64,000 bases of DNA from Bacteroidales bacterium. GTDB taxonomy: Bacteria > Bacteroidota > Bacteroidia > Bacteroidales > JAIOZK01. The DNA lies in NCBI GenBank assembly GCA_021738625.1, contig JAIPBS010000013.1, positions 22,378-86,377 of the forward strand. The letters are read 5' to 3'. The notes under the pieces are model-generated. The model searched no databases. It was not told where the DNA came from and saw only the letters and a program-made list of their open reading frames with translations. Position numbers and translations under genes: made by a program. This document shows, piece after piece, positions 9,472 through 17,966 of this stretch (position 1 is the stretch's first letter; each line of letters begins with the position of its first letter).

Positions 9472-10107
9472 ATGGATAAGAATAATTTGAGGCATCTTCC
9501 ACATAAAACCATTGAAAGGCTTAGCCAATACAGGCGCGCTTTACTGCTTTGCCATGCCAATGGCAAAACCCATATTTTTTCCCACGAGATCGCCAAGATA
9601 CAGCACATTACTGCTGTACAGGTGAGAAGGGATATTATGCTGATCGGTTATACCGGCACCTTGCGAAAAGGATACAATGTTGAAGAACTGATTGTTCTGA
9701 TCGGAAAAATACTGGATACGGAAGAAGGCCTCAATGTAGCCGTTGTGGGAGTGGGTAATCTGGGCCGGGCCATCACCAATTATTTTCGGGGCAAGCGCAC
9801 AAAACTCTCCATTGTGGCAGCCTTTGATAAAAATCCCGATAAGATAGGAAAGAAGTATTCAGGCGTTGAATGTTTTGATATCGCTGATCTGAAATCCCTC
9901 ATTAAGCAAAAAGATATTTCGATCGGGATCATCACCGTAACGCCCGAGTCTGCGGCAGAAGCCTGTAAGGCCCTGGTGGAAGGCGGTATCAAGGGCATTC
10001 TCAATTATACCCCCAAACCCGTAAATGTTCCTCCTCATGTTTACCTGGAAGAGTATGACATGATCACCTCACTGGAGAAAGTGGCTTTTTTTGTGAAGAC
10101 ACACTGA
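9472..10107 (+). CDS. rex: Redox-sensing transcriptional repressor Rex
   Basis: TIERLSQYRR...VQVRRD wHTH, GVGNLGRA Rossmann motif and GIKGILNY. Confidence 0.95.
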   Translation: MDKNNLRHLPHKTIERLSQYRRALLLCHANGKTHIFSHEIAKIQHITAVQVRRDIMLIGYTGTLRKGYNVEELIVLIGKILDTEEGLNVAVVGVGNLGRAITNYFRGKRTKLSIVAAFDKNPDKIGKKYSGVECFDIADLKSLIKQKDISIGIITVTPESAAEACKALVEGGIKGILNYTPKPVNVPPHVYLEEYDMITSLEKVAFFVKTH

Positions 10108-10364
10108 CTTAATAGTATGGAGTAAGGAGTAGGGAGTAAGGAATAAAGAAAGGAAATTTTTTTGATTTAACATCTAACCGTAATAAAAGGAGATACTATT
10201 CTATATTTTTTACCCCCCCCCTGTTTAAGAAAAACACCTTTTGATAAAGTATTTCCAAGTCTAAACAGGGAATTGTGGAATCCTATTAAATTCTGTGGTT
10301 GAAAACCGTGTTATAATTTAACATGCTTTGGTATCATCCGGCATGCACTCCCTCCCTACTTCCC

Positions 10365-12554
10365 TCACTTCACCCGTCTTGCCGATTCAATTCCCGGGAT
10401 CTTCGTCAGCCTGTGCAAGAGTTGATCCAGGTGATCGATGTCGCGGACCTGCACTTTGATCCTGCCTTCGAATTTTTCCTTTTTCGAATTAACGTTCAGT
10501 GAAAGCATATTCACCTTCAGGTCGTTTGAGATGGCATTGGCTACATCGCCCATAATACCCATCTTGTCGAGGCCTTTCACGTTTATATAAGTTTGGTAGC
10601 AACTTTCATCTTCCCGTGCTTTCCATTTCACATCGATGATTCGATAACCGTATTTGGCCAATAGCCGTGTGGCATTCGGGCAATTGATGCGGTGGATGGT
10701 AATGCCTTTCCCGATGGTGATGAAACCAAAAACCGGATCGCCCCAAACCGGGTTACAGCATTTGGCCAGGTTGTAATTAACGTCTTTCAGTTTCTCGTCG
10801 ATGATCAGGGTGTCGTCCGCCTCGGGCGATGCAAGGGTTTCCTGTTTAGGTCTGACGCCCTTTTTCGGCAGATGGTTCCCGTTGCCTTTTGTTTTGGATT
10901 CTTCCGTAAGCAGGGATTTGGCCTTCAACAGGTCTATCTTTTCCGTTGCAATAGCATAATACAAATCGATAGAGGATTTGAATTTGTAATGTTTGATAAG
11001 GCGATCGATGCTTTCCTCGTTGAAAGGTATTTTCCAGTTTTTGAATTTTCTTCTGATGATTTCGTTCCCGACTTCTGCTTCTTTGAATTTTTCCTCAAAA
11101 ATGGCTCTTTTGATCTTTGATTTTGCTTTTGAAGTTACAACAAAATTAAGCCAGTCGTATTTAGGTTTTTGGTTGTTGGATGTGATGATCTGTACTTTAT
11201 CGCCATTTTTTAGTTCATGTCGTATGGGTACGTTTTTAGCGTTCACGCTGGCGCCGCTGCATTTATCCCCGATGTCGGTATGGATTTCATAGGCGAAATC
11301 CAGGACGGTGCTGTGTCTTTCAAGTTTTTTGAGATCGCCTCCCGGGGTAAACACAAATATTTTATCCGATTTTGCGTTCAATTGCGATTTACTCATTTCG
11401 TCAAAATCAATCTGATTGGGATTTTCAAGGATATCCCTTACCTGGTTAACCCATTGTTCGGTTTCTTTTTTATTGCTGAAACCCTTGTAACGCCAGTGTG
11501 CGGCCTGTCCTTTTTCAGCCAGTTCGTCCATGCGTTTGCTGCGGATTTGCACCTCCACCCATTTTTCATTCGTGGCCTTTACCGTTGTGTGAAGGGATTC
11601 ATATCCGCTTGCTTTGGGTGTTGAAATCCAATCGCGCAACCGTTTGGGATTGGGTTCGTAAAGATCGGTTACAATCGAGTAAATTCTCCAGCAATCGGCT
11701 TTTTCGTTTTTTTTATCTGAATTGGAAATGATGCGGATGGCAAACAGATCATAAAGCTCTTCAAATTGAAGGTTCTGTTTTTTCATCTTATTCCAGATGC
11801 TGTGGATGCTTTTGGGCCTTCCTTTGATATCCACATCAAAACCCTGCCTGATCAATTCCTTGCGGATAGGTTCGGTGAAATCATGAATAAAAACATTTCG
11901 TTTGGTCCGTGTTGCCTGAAGTTTCTCGGAAATTTCTTCGTAAATATCTTTATGCTCGAATCGCATCATCATTTCTTCAAGCTCTTCTTTTAGTGAGTAG
12001 AGGCCAAGCCTGTGAGCGATTGGAATATAAATATAGTTAACTTCAGCAAGGATCTTTTTTTGCTTTTCCTTTTGATGGGATTGAATAACGCGCATGTCGT
12101 GCAGACGGTGGGCCAATTTGATCAATACCACACGAATATCATCCACCAGGGAAAGATAGAGTCTTCTGAAATTTTCGGACTGATAGGATACTTTTTGTGT
12201 ACTGATGCCGGATAACTTTCTAAAACCGTTGGCAATGGTGCTTACCGTTTTTCCGAATTTTTTTTCAACTTCAGCTGCAAATGCATCGTCTTTTTCGAGC
12301 AAATTATGGAGTAAAGTACATACGACCGAGGTGGTTCCCAGGCCGATCTTTTCAACACAAATGATAGCAACTTCAATGGAATGCTCTATATTGAGCCTTC
12401 CATTTTCGTTTTTTTCTTTCAGTTGGGCTTTTAAAGCAAACTCGTATGCTTTATTGATTTTTTGAAGATCACCTTTTTTTACAAAGGATTTGCAAACATC
12501 AATCAGGTGAAGGTATCTTTCAGTGATATGCCTTTTTTTCTCCTCCTCTGTCAT
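10365..12554 (-). CDS. relA: Long RelA/SpoT homolog, (p)ppGpp synthetase
   Basis: GRPKSIHS, DLFAIR, GYESLHT and EVQIR motifs, plus TGS (DFAYEIHT), AKCC and ACT domains. The hydrolase HD motif reads HN. Confidence 0.9.
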   Translation of the reverse strand: MTEEEKKRHITERYLHLIDVCKSFVKKGDLQKINKAYEFALKAQLKEKNENGRLNIEHSIEVAIICVEKIGLGTTSVVCTLLHNLLEKDDAFAAEVEKKFGKTVSTIANGFRKLSGISTQKVSYQSENFRRLYLSLVDDIRVVLIKLAHRLHDMRVIQSHQKEKQKKILAEVNYIYIPIAHRLGLYSLKEELEEMMMRFEHKDIYEEISEKLQATRTKRNVFIHDFTEPIRKELIRQGFDVDIKGRPKSIHSIWNKMKKQNLQFEELYDLFAIRIISNSDKKNEKADCWRIYSIVTDLYEPNPKRLRDWISTPKASGYESLHTTVKATNEKWVEVQIRSKRMDELAEKGQAAHWRYKGFSNKKETEQWVNQVRDILENPNQIDFDEMSKSQLNAKSDKIFVFTPGGDLKKLERHSTVLDFAYEIHTDIGDKCSGASVNAKNVPIRHELKNGDKVQIITSNNQKPKYDWLNFVVTSKAKSKIKRAIFEEKFKEAEVGNEIIRRKFKNWKIPFNEESIDRLIKHYKFKSSIDLYYAIATEKIDLLKAKSLLTEESKTKGNGNHLPKKGVRPKQETLASPEADDTLIIDEKLKDVNYNLAKCCNPVWGDPVFGFITIGKGITIHRINCPNATRLLAKYGYRIIDVKWKAREDESCYQTYINVKGLDKMGIMGDVANAISNDLKVNMLSLNVNSKKEKFEGRIKVQVRDIDHLDQLLHRLTKIPGIESARRVK

Positions 12555-12596
12555 TTCTGCATGCGTTTTTATAAAGGTAGCATTTTTTGAGAATAC

Positions 12597-12629
12597 AAAA
12601 AAAGCGTTCTCAAAAAGAACGCTTTTTTT
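12597..12629 (-). terminator. Intrinsic terminator after floA
   Basis: AAAAAAAGCGTTCT-CAAAA-AGAACGCTTTTTTT hairpin with A/T tracts on both sides. Confidence 0.75.
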
Positions 12630-12653
12630 CGAAAATATTTTAATGTTTTGATA

Positions 12654-13661
12654 TTATTTATTGGAAGAATCGCCTTTGTTGCGGTCTGATCTTTTACCTC
12701 CAGGCGAATCGGATATGGATTCTCTCATTTTCGTATCGGCTTTGATATTTTGAAATTTATAATAATCCAAAATGCCGAGATTGCCTGTACGGAAAGCTTC
12801 CGCGATGGCGCGCGGGATCTCCGCTTCTGCCTGGATCACATTGGCGCGGGCTTCCTGTGCGCGCGCTTTCATTTCCTGTTCCTCGGCTACAGCCATGGCT
12901 CTTCTTTCTTCAGCTTTCGCCTGGGCGATGTTTTTATCGGCATTGGCCTGATCCATTTGCAATACGGCACCGACATTTTTACCCACATCAATATCTGCGA
13001 TATCGATAGAAAGGATTTCAAAAGCGGTTCCTGAGTCGAGTCCTTTTTCAAGTACAACCCTGGAAATGGAATCCGGGTTTTCCAAAACGGATTTGTGCGA
13101 ATCGGCCGAACCGATAGAAGATACAACACCTTCTCCTACCCTGGCCAGCACGGTTTCTTCACCGGCCCCGCCAACCAGTTGCCTGATGTTGGCACGAACG
13201 GTAACCCTGGCGCGGCATATTAGCTGTATACCGTCCTTGGCCACTGCAGTAACAGGCGGTGTATCGATAACTTTCGGGTTAACCGACATTTGAACCGCCT
13301 CCAACACATCACGTCCGGCCAGGTCGATCGCCGTAGCTACCTTGAAGTCCAGGCTCATATTGGCCTTATCGGCGGATATCAAGGCATTAACAACTTCCTG
13401 CACATGGCCGCCGGCCAGGTAGTGGGCTTCAAGTGCGTTACGTGTAAGATTTAAACCGGCTTTGGTGGATGAAATCAGACTTCTTACGATAATTTGTGGT
13501 GCTATTTTTCTCCAGCGCATAAAAACTAGCTGTATCAAGCTGATGCGAACACCAGATAAAAGAGCTGTGAACCACAGGCCTACCGGGATAAAGTAAAAGA
13601 TCAACCACAAGGCAAAAATGGCTCCAATGCCTATTGCTACTACAATCCAAACATTCTCCAT
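12654..13661 (-). CDS. floA: Flotillin-like protein FloA (YqfA family)
   Basis: [26 protein letters not shown] and [14 protein letters not shown] motifs. Confidence 0.93.
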   Translation of the reverse strand: MENVWIVVAIGIGAIFALWLIFYFIPVGLWFTALLSGVRISLIQLVFMRWRKIAPQIIVRSLISSTKAGLNLTRNALEAHYLAGGHVQEVVNALISADKANMSLDFKVATAIDLAGRDVLEAVQMSVNPKVIDTPPVTAVAKDGIQLICRARVTVRANIRQLVGGAGEETVLARVGEGVVSSIGSADSHKSVLENPDSISRVVLEKGLDSGTAFEILSIDIADIDVGKNVGAVLQMDQANADKNIAQAKAEERRAMAVAEEQEMKARAQEARANVIQAEAEIPRAIAEAFRTGNLGILDYYKFQNIKADTKMRESISDSPGGKRSDRNKGDSSNK

Positions 13662-13662
13662 G

Positions 13663-14133
13663 TCAATTTGTTTTTTGTTTTACATATATTTTATTGAATT
13701 CGATTTTGGTCACAATGATTTCCGTGCCCGGATCAATATAGTCGCCCTGTGTATGCACTTCAAAATAATCATCGTTGATCAGGGCCTTGCCCGCTGGGTT
13801 AAGCCGTGAAACAGTTTTTCCGGAATCGCCTTTTTTTATCTGTTCATCGCTCAGCAAATTGACTTTTCCATCGATGTTATCGCTAAGCATGCTATATTTC
13901 CAGGTTTTGGAGCGCAATGCAACGATAAGCAAGATCACACTTGCGCCAAGCGTGGAAGCCAGGGTGATATGACCCGCGGATGTACCTATATGAATATAGG
14001 TCTGCCAAATGGCGACAGTTATGATCACCAGTCCGATGATTCCGGCTACGGCCTGGCCCGGAAATACCAGAATTTCAAGTACCAGGAACAACAGCCCGAT
14101 AAAAATGAGTATCGCTATCAAGGTCCATCCCAT
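13663..14133 (-). CDS. NfeD-like membrane protein with C-terminal OB fold
   Basis: Three TM helices and a G-K-T-x-S-R-L-N-P-x-G OB motif. Directly upstream of floA. Confidence 0.85.
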   Translation of the reverse strand: MGWTLIAILIFIGLLFLVLEILVFPGQAVAGIIGLVIITVAIWQTYIHIGTSAGHITLASTLGASVILLIVALRSKTWKYSMLSDNIDGKVNLLSDEQIKKGDSGKTVSRLNPAGKALINDDYFEVHTQGDYIDPGTEIIVTKIEFNKIYVKQKTN

Positions 14134-14141
14134 ATTGTAAA

Positions 14142-14414
14142 CTATTCTATGGAAACTGTTAGTTTCCTGTTGGTCATTTCAGTATATGCGGGTTTAAGCT
14201 CATAAAAGCTACCCGATTTAACTGCGCACTTTCCTTTGAAATGTGCCACCAGCGCGCATTGTTCAGCCTGTTCGCTATCATGTTCACATACTTCGATCAG
14301 GCTTTCGATCACAAAATCAAACGAATTTACATCATCGTTGAACAGGACGAGCTCTTTTAGTTCCTCTTCCAGTGATTTCGTATCCTTTACCGGGGATTGT
14401 TTTTCTCTTGTCAT
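14142..14414 (-). CDS. clpS: ATP-dependent Clp protease adaptor ClpS
   Basis: LFNDDVNSFDFVI and QAEQCALVAHFKGKCAVK motifs. Confidence 0.9.
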   Translation of the reverse strand: MTREKQSPVKDTKSLEEELKELVLFNDDVNSFDFVIESLIEVCEHDSEQAEQCALVAHFKGKCAVKSGSFYELKPAYTEMTNRKLTVSIE

Positions 14415-14498
14415 GATACGATAAAAACTTTTGTAGTTCGGGAGGTAAAGATAAATATTTATTAATATGAAAGCTATAATTTTGCATAAATTTCACGA

Positions 14499-15167
14499 AT
14501 GAAAAATGAGCTGGAGCACCGAATGAACTTTAAGAACTTCATTAGAGAAATAAGCGTTCTTATGGAGGACAGACTACCGGGAGAAGCCGCGCAATTAAAA
14601 ATGTCGCCGGCCTCAAGAAATGAGATGATGAAAGAGGGAAAGGATCTTGAAAAAGCCGGGCGAGCAGCAGTTCTTATTCTTTTCTATCCGGATGAAAGCA
14701 GGGTTATGCTTCCTTTTATCAAGCGACCCGAATATGAGGGAGTGCATAGCGGACAGGTGGCCTTTCCAGGAGGTCGTTTCGAAGCTGGTGATGCAAATAT
14801 GGCTCATACCGCTTTGCGCGAGACAGAAGAGGAAGTTGGGGTTAAAATGAATAGCGTTAAGCTGATCGGCATGTTAAGCGAGCTTTATATCCCACCAAGC
14901 AATTATCTGGTTAGGCCGGTAGTAGGTTACCTGGAAAGAAAACCGGTTTTTAAGCTTCAACCCAGCGAGGTGGATTATCTTCTTGAAATAGACCTGTATG
15001 AATTGCTGCATGACAAAGCGCTCACCACCAAACCGGTTATGACTTCTCTTCAGCAAGAGATGCCCGTACCCTGTTATTATGTTCAGGATCATATAATATG
15101 GGGAGCCACGGCCATGATCCTGAGCGAACTCATTGAGCTTTTTAAAAAAGGGGGATTAGAAGCCTGA
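14499..15167 (+). CDS. CoA pyrophosphatase (Nudix, NudL-like)
   Basis: HSGQVAFPGG, Nudix box ALRETEEEVG and IWGATA. Confidence 0.9.
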   Translation: MKNELEHRMNFKNFIREISVLMEDRLPGEAAQLKMSPASRNEMMKEGKDLEKAGRAAVLILFYPDESRVMLPFIKRPEYEGVHSGQVAFPGGRFEAGDANMAHTALRETEEEVGVKMNSVKLIGMLSELYIPPSNYLVRPVVGYLERKPVFKLQPSEVDYLLEIDLYELLHDKALTTKPVMTSLQQEMPVPCYYVQDHIIWGATAMILSELIELFKKGGLEA

Positions 15168-15169
15168 TC

Positions 15170-15583
15170 TCACTCTACAATGATCTCGTGGGTGATCTCA
15201 GCCCTGGCACCTAACATATGACTTACTCCGCAATACTTATCCTGTGAGAGCTTAACGGCTTTTTCAAGCTTGTCTTTCGGAAGATCTTTTCCCTTAAATC
15301 TGTATGTGATGTGGATTTTGTCATAATGTTTTGGATGTTCATCGGTATTATGCCCACTGACCTGAATGTTGAAGGCTTCGGGCTCAACCCGCATTTTTCT
15401 TAGGATAGAGATCACATCCATGCCGGTACAACCGCCTAATGATACAAGTGACAAGGGCTTTGGCTGCGGTCCTTTGTTTTGTCCGCCAACCGCTTCTTTG
15501 GCGTCAAGCATGATCTGGTGATCGTTTACATTGGCTTCAAAAGCCATAGCGTCTTTCCAGCTAACTTCAATTTTGGTATCCAT
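15170..15583 (-). CDS. OsmC/YhfA family protein
   Basis: LGGCTGMDV and SQDKYCGV motifs. Confidence 0.9.
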   Translation of the reverse strand: MDTKIEVSWKDAMAFEANVNDHQIMLDAKEAVGGQNKGPQPKPLSLVSLGGCTGMDVISILRKMRVEPEAFNIQVSGHNTDEHPKHYDKIHITYRFKGKDLPKDKLEKAVKLSQDKYCGVSHMLGARAEITHEIIVE

Positions 15584-15639
15584 ATGTATTTGAGTTTAGG
15601 GTTAAAACTAATCGCAAATTTAACTGTTTGTAGTGTTAA

Positions 15640-15740
15640 ACTGAATCTTATAAAAATGCAAAACATTTTTCTGTTAGATTCAGTTATACCGATTTAAGCA
15701 GCAGGTCAATCATTGCAAACCTGTTCCAAATCAGTGTAAC
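15640..15740. repeat. Dispersed twin-hairpin repeat, copy 1
   Basis: ACTGAATCTTATAAAAATGCAAAACATTTTTCTGTTAGATTCAGTTATACCGATT...CAATCATTGCAAACCTGTTCC. Near-identical copies lie at 31591 and 42310. Confidence 0.9.
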
Positions 15741-15873
15741 AACAACCGTACCCTGCATTGGTTCAACGAAAATAAATCTTTTTGTGTAGCTTTTGCACTT
15801 TTTGTTTAAGGAAGAACTTGTAAAATATTTATTTTTGCTTACTTTTACGAATTCTTATAAATGAAAAGCAGGA

Positions 15874-16137
15874 ATGGTTATGTTTAAGCGTTTTAGAAAA
15901 ACTTCCGTTACTTTACTTCTGATCGTTGTTGCAGCATTTACGCTGTCTGTAACTGTTTCATCCTGCGGTGCATCATCAAGAGCAGGATGTTATGAAGTTG
16001 CCAAATACCAGAAAAAATCCAGGAAAGCCAAAGGAGACGTTAAGTCTTACAAGCCATCAAAATACAGCCAAAACAGTCCGCTTGAAAAAAACTGGATCAT
16101 TAGCAACAAGCGTAAAACTTTGCTGGGACATAAATAG
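15874..16137 (+). CDS. Small basic putative lipoprotein
   Basis: Hydrophobic stretch ending VSSC; Lys-rich mature part. Confidence 0.6.
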   Translation: MVMFKRFRKTSVTLLLIVVAAFTLSVTVSSCGASSRAGCYEVAKYQKKSRKAKGDVKSYKPSKYSQNSPLEKNWIISNKRKTLLGHK

Positions 16138-16149
16138 TTCCGCAGCTTT

Positions 16150-17781
16150 CTATCTTTCTTCCATAAACGAATACTTATAATCTTCAGGCGGATTGAAATT
16201 TTCCTTTATTGCCCGTGGAGAAATCCATCTCAGCAGGTTTAACATCGAGCCCGACTTGTCATTGGTTCCGGATGCCCTGGCTCCACCGAAAGGTTGCTGA
16301 CCGACCACAGCGCCCGTTGGTTTGTCATTAATATAAAAATTACCCGCTGCATTCACGAGTTTACGGCTTGCAAGCTCGATTGCAAACCTGTCCTGCGAAA
16401 ACACAGCCCCGGTCAGGGCATAAGGAGATGTTTCATCCAGCAGTGTCAGTGTTTCATTGTATTTATTTTTATCATAGACATAAATGGTAAGAACCGGGCC
16501 GAAAATCTCTTCCTGCATGGATTCATATTTGGGATTGCTTGTGAGGATCACCGTTGGTTCAATGAAATAACCTTTGCTCCTATCATATCCTCCCCCTGCC
16601 AGTATCTCACACTCATCTGATTTTTTTGCCCGGTCGATATAACCGGTTATTTTTTCAAAGGCAGGCTTGTCGATCACGGCATTCATGAAATTGGTAAAAT
16701 CTTCGGGGCTGCCCATTTTAATCGTTTTGATGTCTTGCAAAAGCAGGTCTTTTATATCTTTCCAAAGGTTGTTAGGCAGGTAAGCCCGGGAAGCAGCCGA
16801 ACATTTTTGCCCCTGATATTCAAAGGCGCCTCTTGTTAAGGCAGTCACGAGTTTTTTCACATGTGCCGATTTATGGGCAATGATGAAATCTTTTCCGCCG
16901 GTTTCCCCTACGATTTTCGGATAGGTGTTGTGAATAGCGACATTATCTCCTATGGCTTTCCAAATCTTTTTAAACACCTCAGTGGATCCCGTAAAATGCA
17001 CACCCACAAAATCAGGGTGTTGCGACATCACCTTTCCTCCAACAGGACCCGGAACAGTGATCATATTGATCACCCCCTCGGGAAGACCAGCAGCCCGGAA
17101 AATCTCCATAATGATATTGGCTGAGTAAAGCTGAGTAGTGGCAGGTTTCCACACCACAACATTACCCATCAAAGCGGGAGCTGAAGGCAGGTTGCCTGAG
17201 ATGGAAGTGAAATTAAATGGTGTTAGTGCATATACGAATCCTTCCAGTGGGCGCTGCTCCATTTTATTCCAGACATTTTTGGTCGAGAACGGTTGCTGAT
17301 CATAAATTTCCGCCATAAACTGAACATTGAATCTCAAAAAGTCAGCCAGTTCACAGGCTGCGTCAATTTCGGATTGATGCACTGTTTTGGATTGTCCCAG
17401 CATGGTTGCCGCATTGATCTTTGCACGGTATGGTCCTGTGATCAGGTCGGCCGCCCTTAAAAATATGGCCGCCCGTTGATGCCATGAAAGCGCCTGCCAC
17501 TTGGGCCTGACCGACAAAGCTGCATCAATGGCCAACTCCACATGAGAAGCATCGCCCATATAATAATGACCAAGAACACGATCCAGTTCATGTGGTGGGA
17601 ATATCTCGCGCTGATCGTTTGTTCTGACCTCCATGCCTCCCACTTGCATGGGGATATCCGTGAGAGCGGATTGCATTTCTTCCAAACTTTTTTTCAACCT
17701 ACTTCTTTCGTTCGATCCCGGTGCATAACTGTAAACCGGTTCGTTTTCGGCGATGGGTACTTTAAATGATCCTTTTGGCAT
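16150..17781 (-). CDS. pruA: L-glutamate gamma-semialdehyde (P5C) dehydrogenase
   Basis: NEPVYSYAPGS, PFNF, FTGS, GETGGKDF, YQGQKCSA, EEIFGP and QQPFGG motifs. Start placed at MPKGSF. Confidence 0.93.
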   Translation of the reverse strand: MPKGSFKVPIAENEPVYSYAPGSNERSRLKKSLEEMQSALTDIPMQVGGMEVRTNDQREIFPPHELDRVLGHYYMGDASHVELAIDAALSVRPKWQALSWHQRAAIFLRAADLITGPYRAKINAATMLGQSKTVHQSEIDAACELADFLRFNVQFMAEIYDQQPFSTKNVWNKMEQRPLEGFVYALTPFNFTSISGNLPSAPALMGNVVVWKPATTQLYSANIIMEIFRAAGLPEGVINMITVPGPVGGKVMSQHPDFVGVHFTGSTEVFKKIWKAIGDNVAIHNTYPKIVGETGGKDFIIAHKSAHVKKLVTALTRGAFEYQGQKCSAASRAYLPNNLWKDIKDLLLQDIKTIKMGSPEDFTNFMNAVIDKPAFEKITGYIDRAKKSDECEILAGGGYDRSKGYFIEPTVILTSNPKYESMQEEIFGPVLTIYVYDKNKYNETLTLLDETSPYALTGAVFSQDRFAIELASRKLVNAAGNFYINDKPTGAVVGQQPFGGARASGTNDKSGSMLNLLRWISPRAIKENFNPPEDYKYSFMEER

Positions 17782-17966
17782 ACTATTTTCAGTTTTCTTA
17801 ATAATACAAAGATACAAAATTTGTTTAGACCGAATATAAATAAATGAATGCCGTAAGGCGCTGGTATACAGCCTTATGTATTTGTGTTACAATTAATTAA
17901 TCTGAAAATCTTATCTTTGTCTGGCGAATTGATTATTGTTAAATTAAAACAGGATAAGGAATTGGT

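Noticed and set aside
17936-17953. Rex box upstream of the KamA-like gene (and TTGTTAA half-sites upstream of dnaB)
   Set aside because: Only one half-site matches; this is expected by chance in AT-rich DNA.
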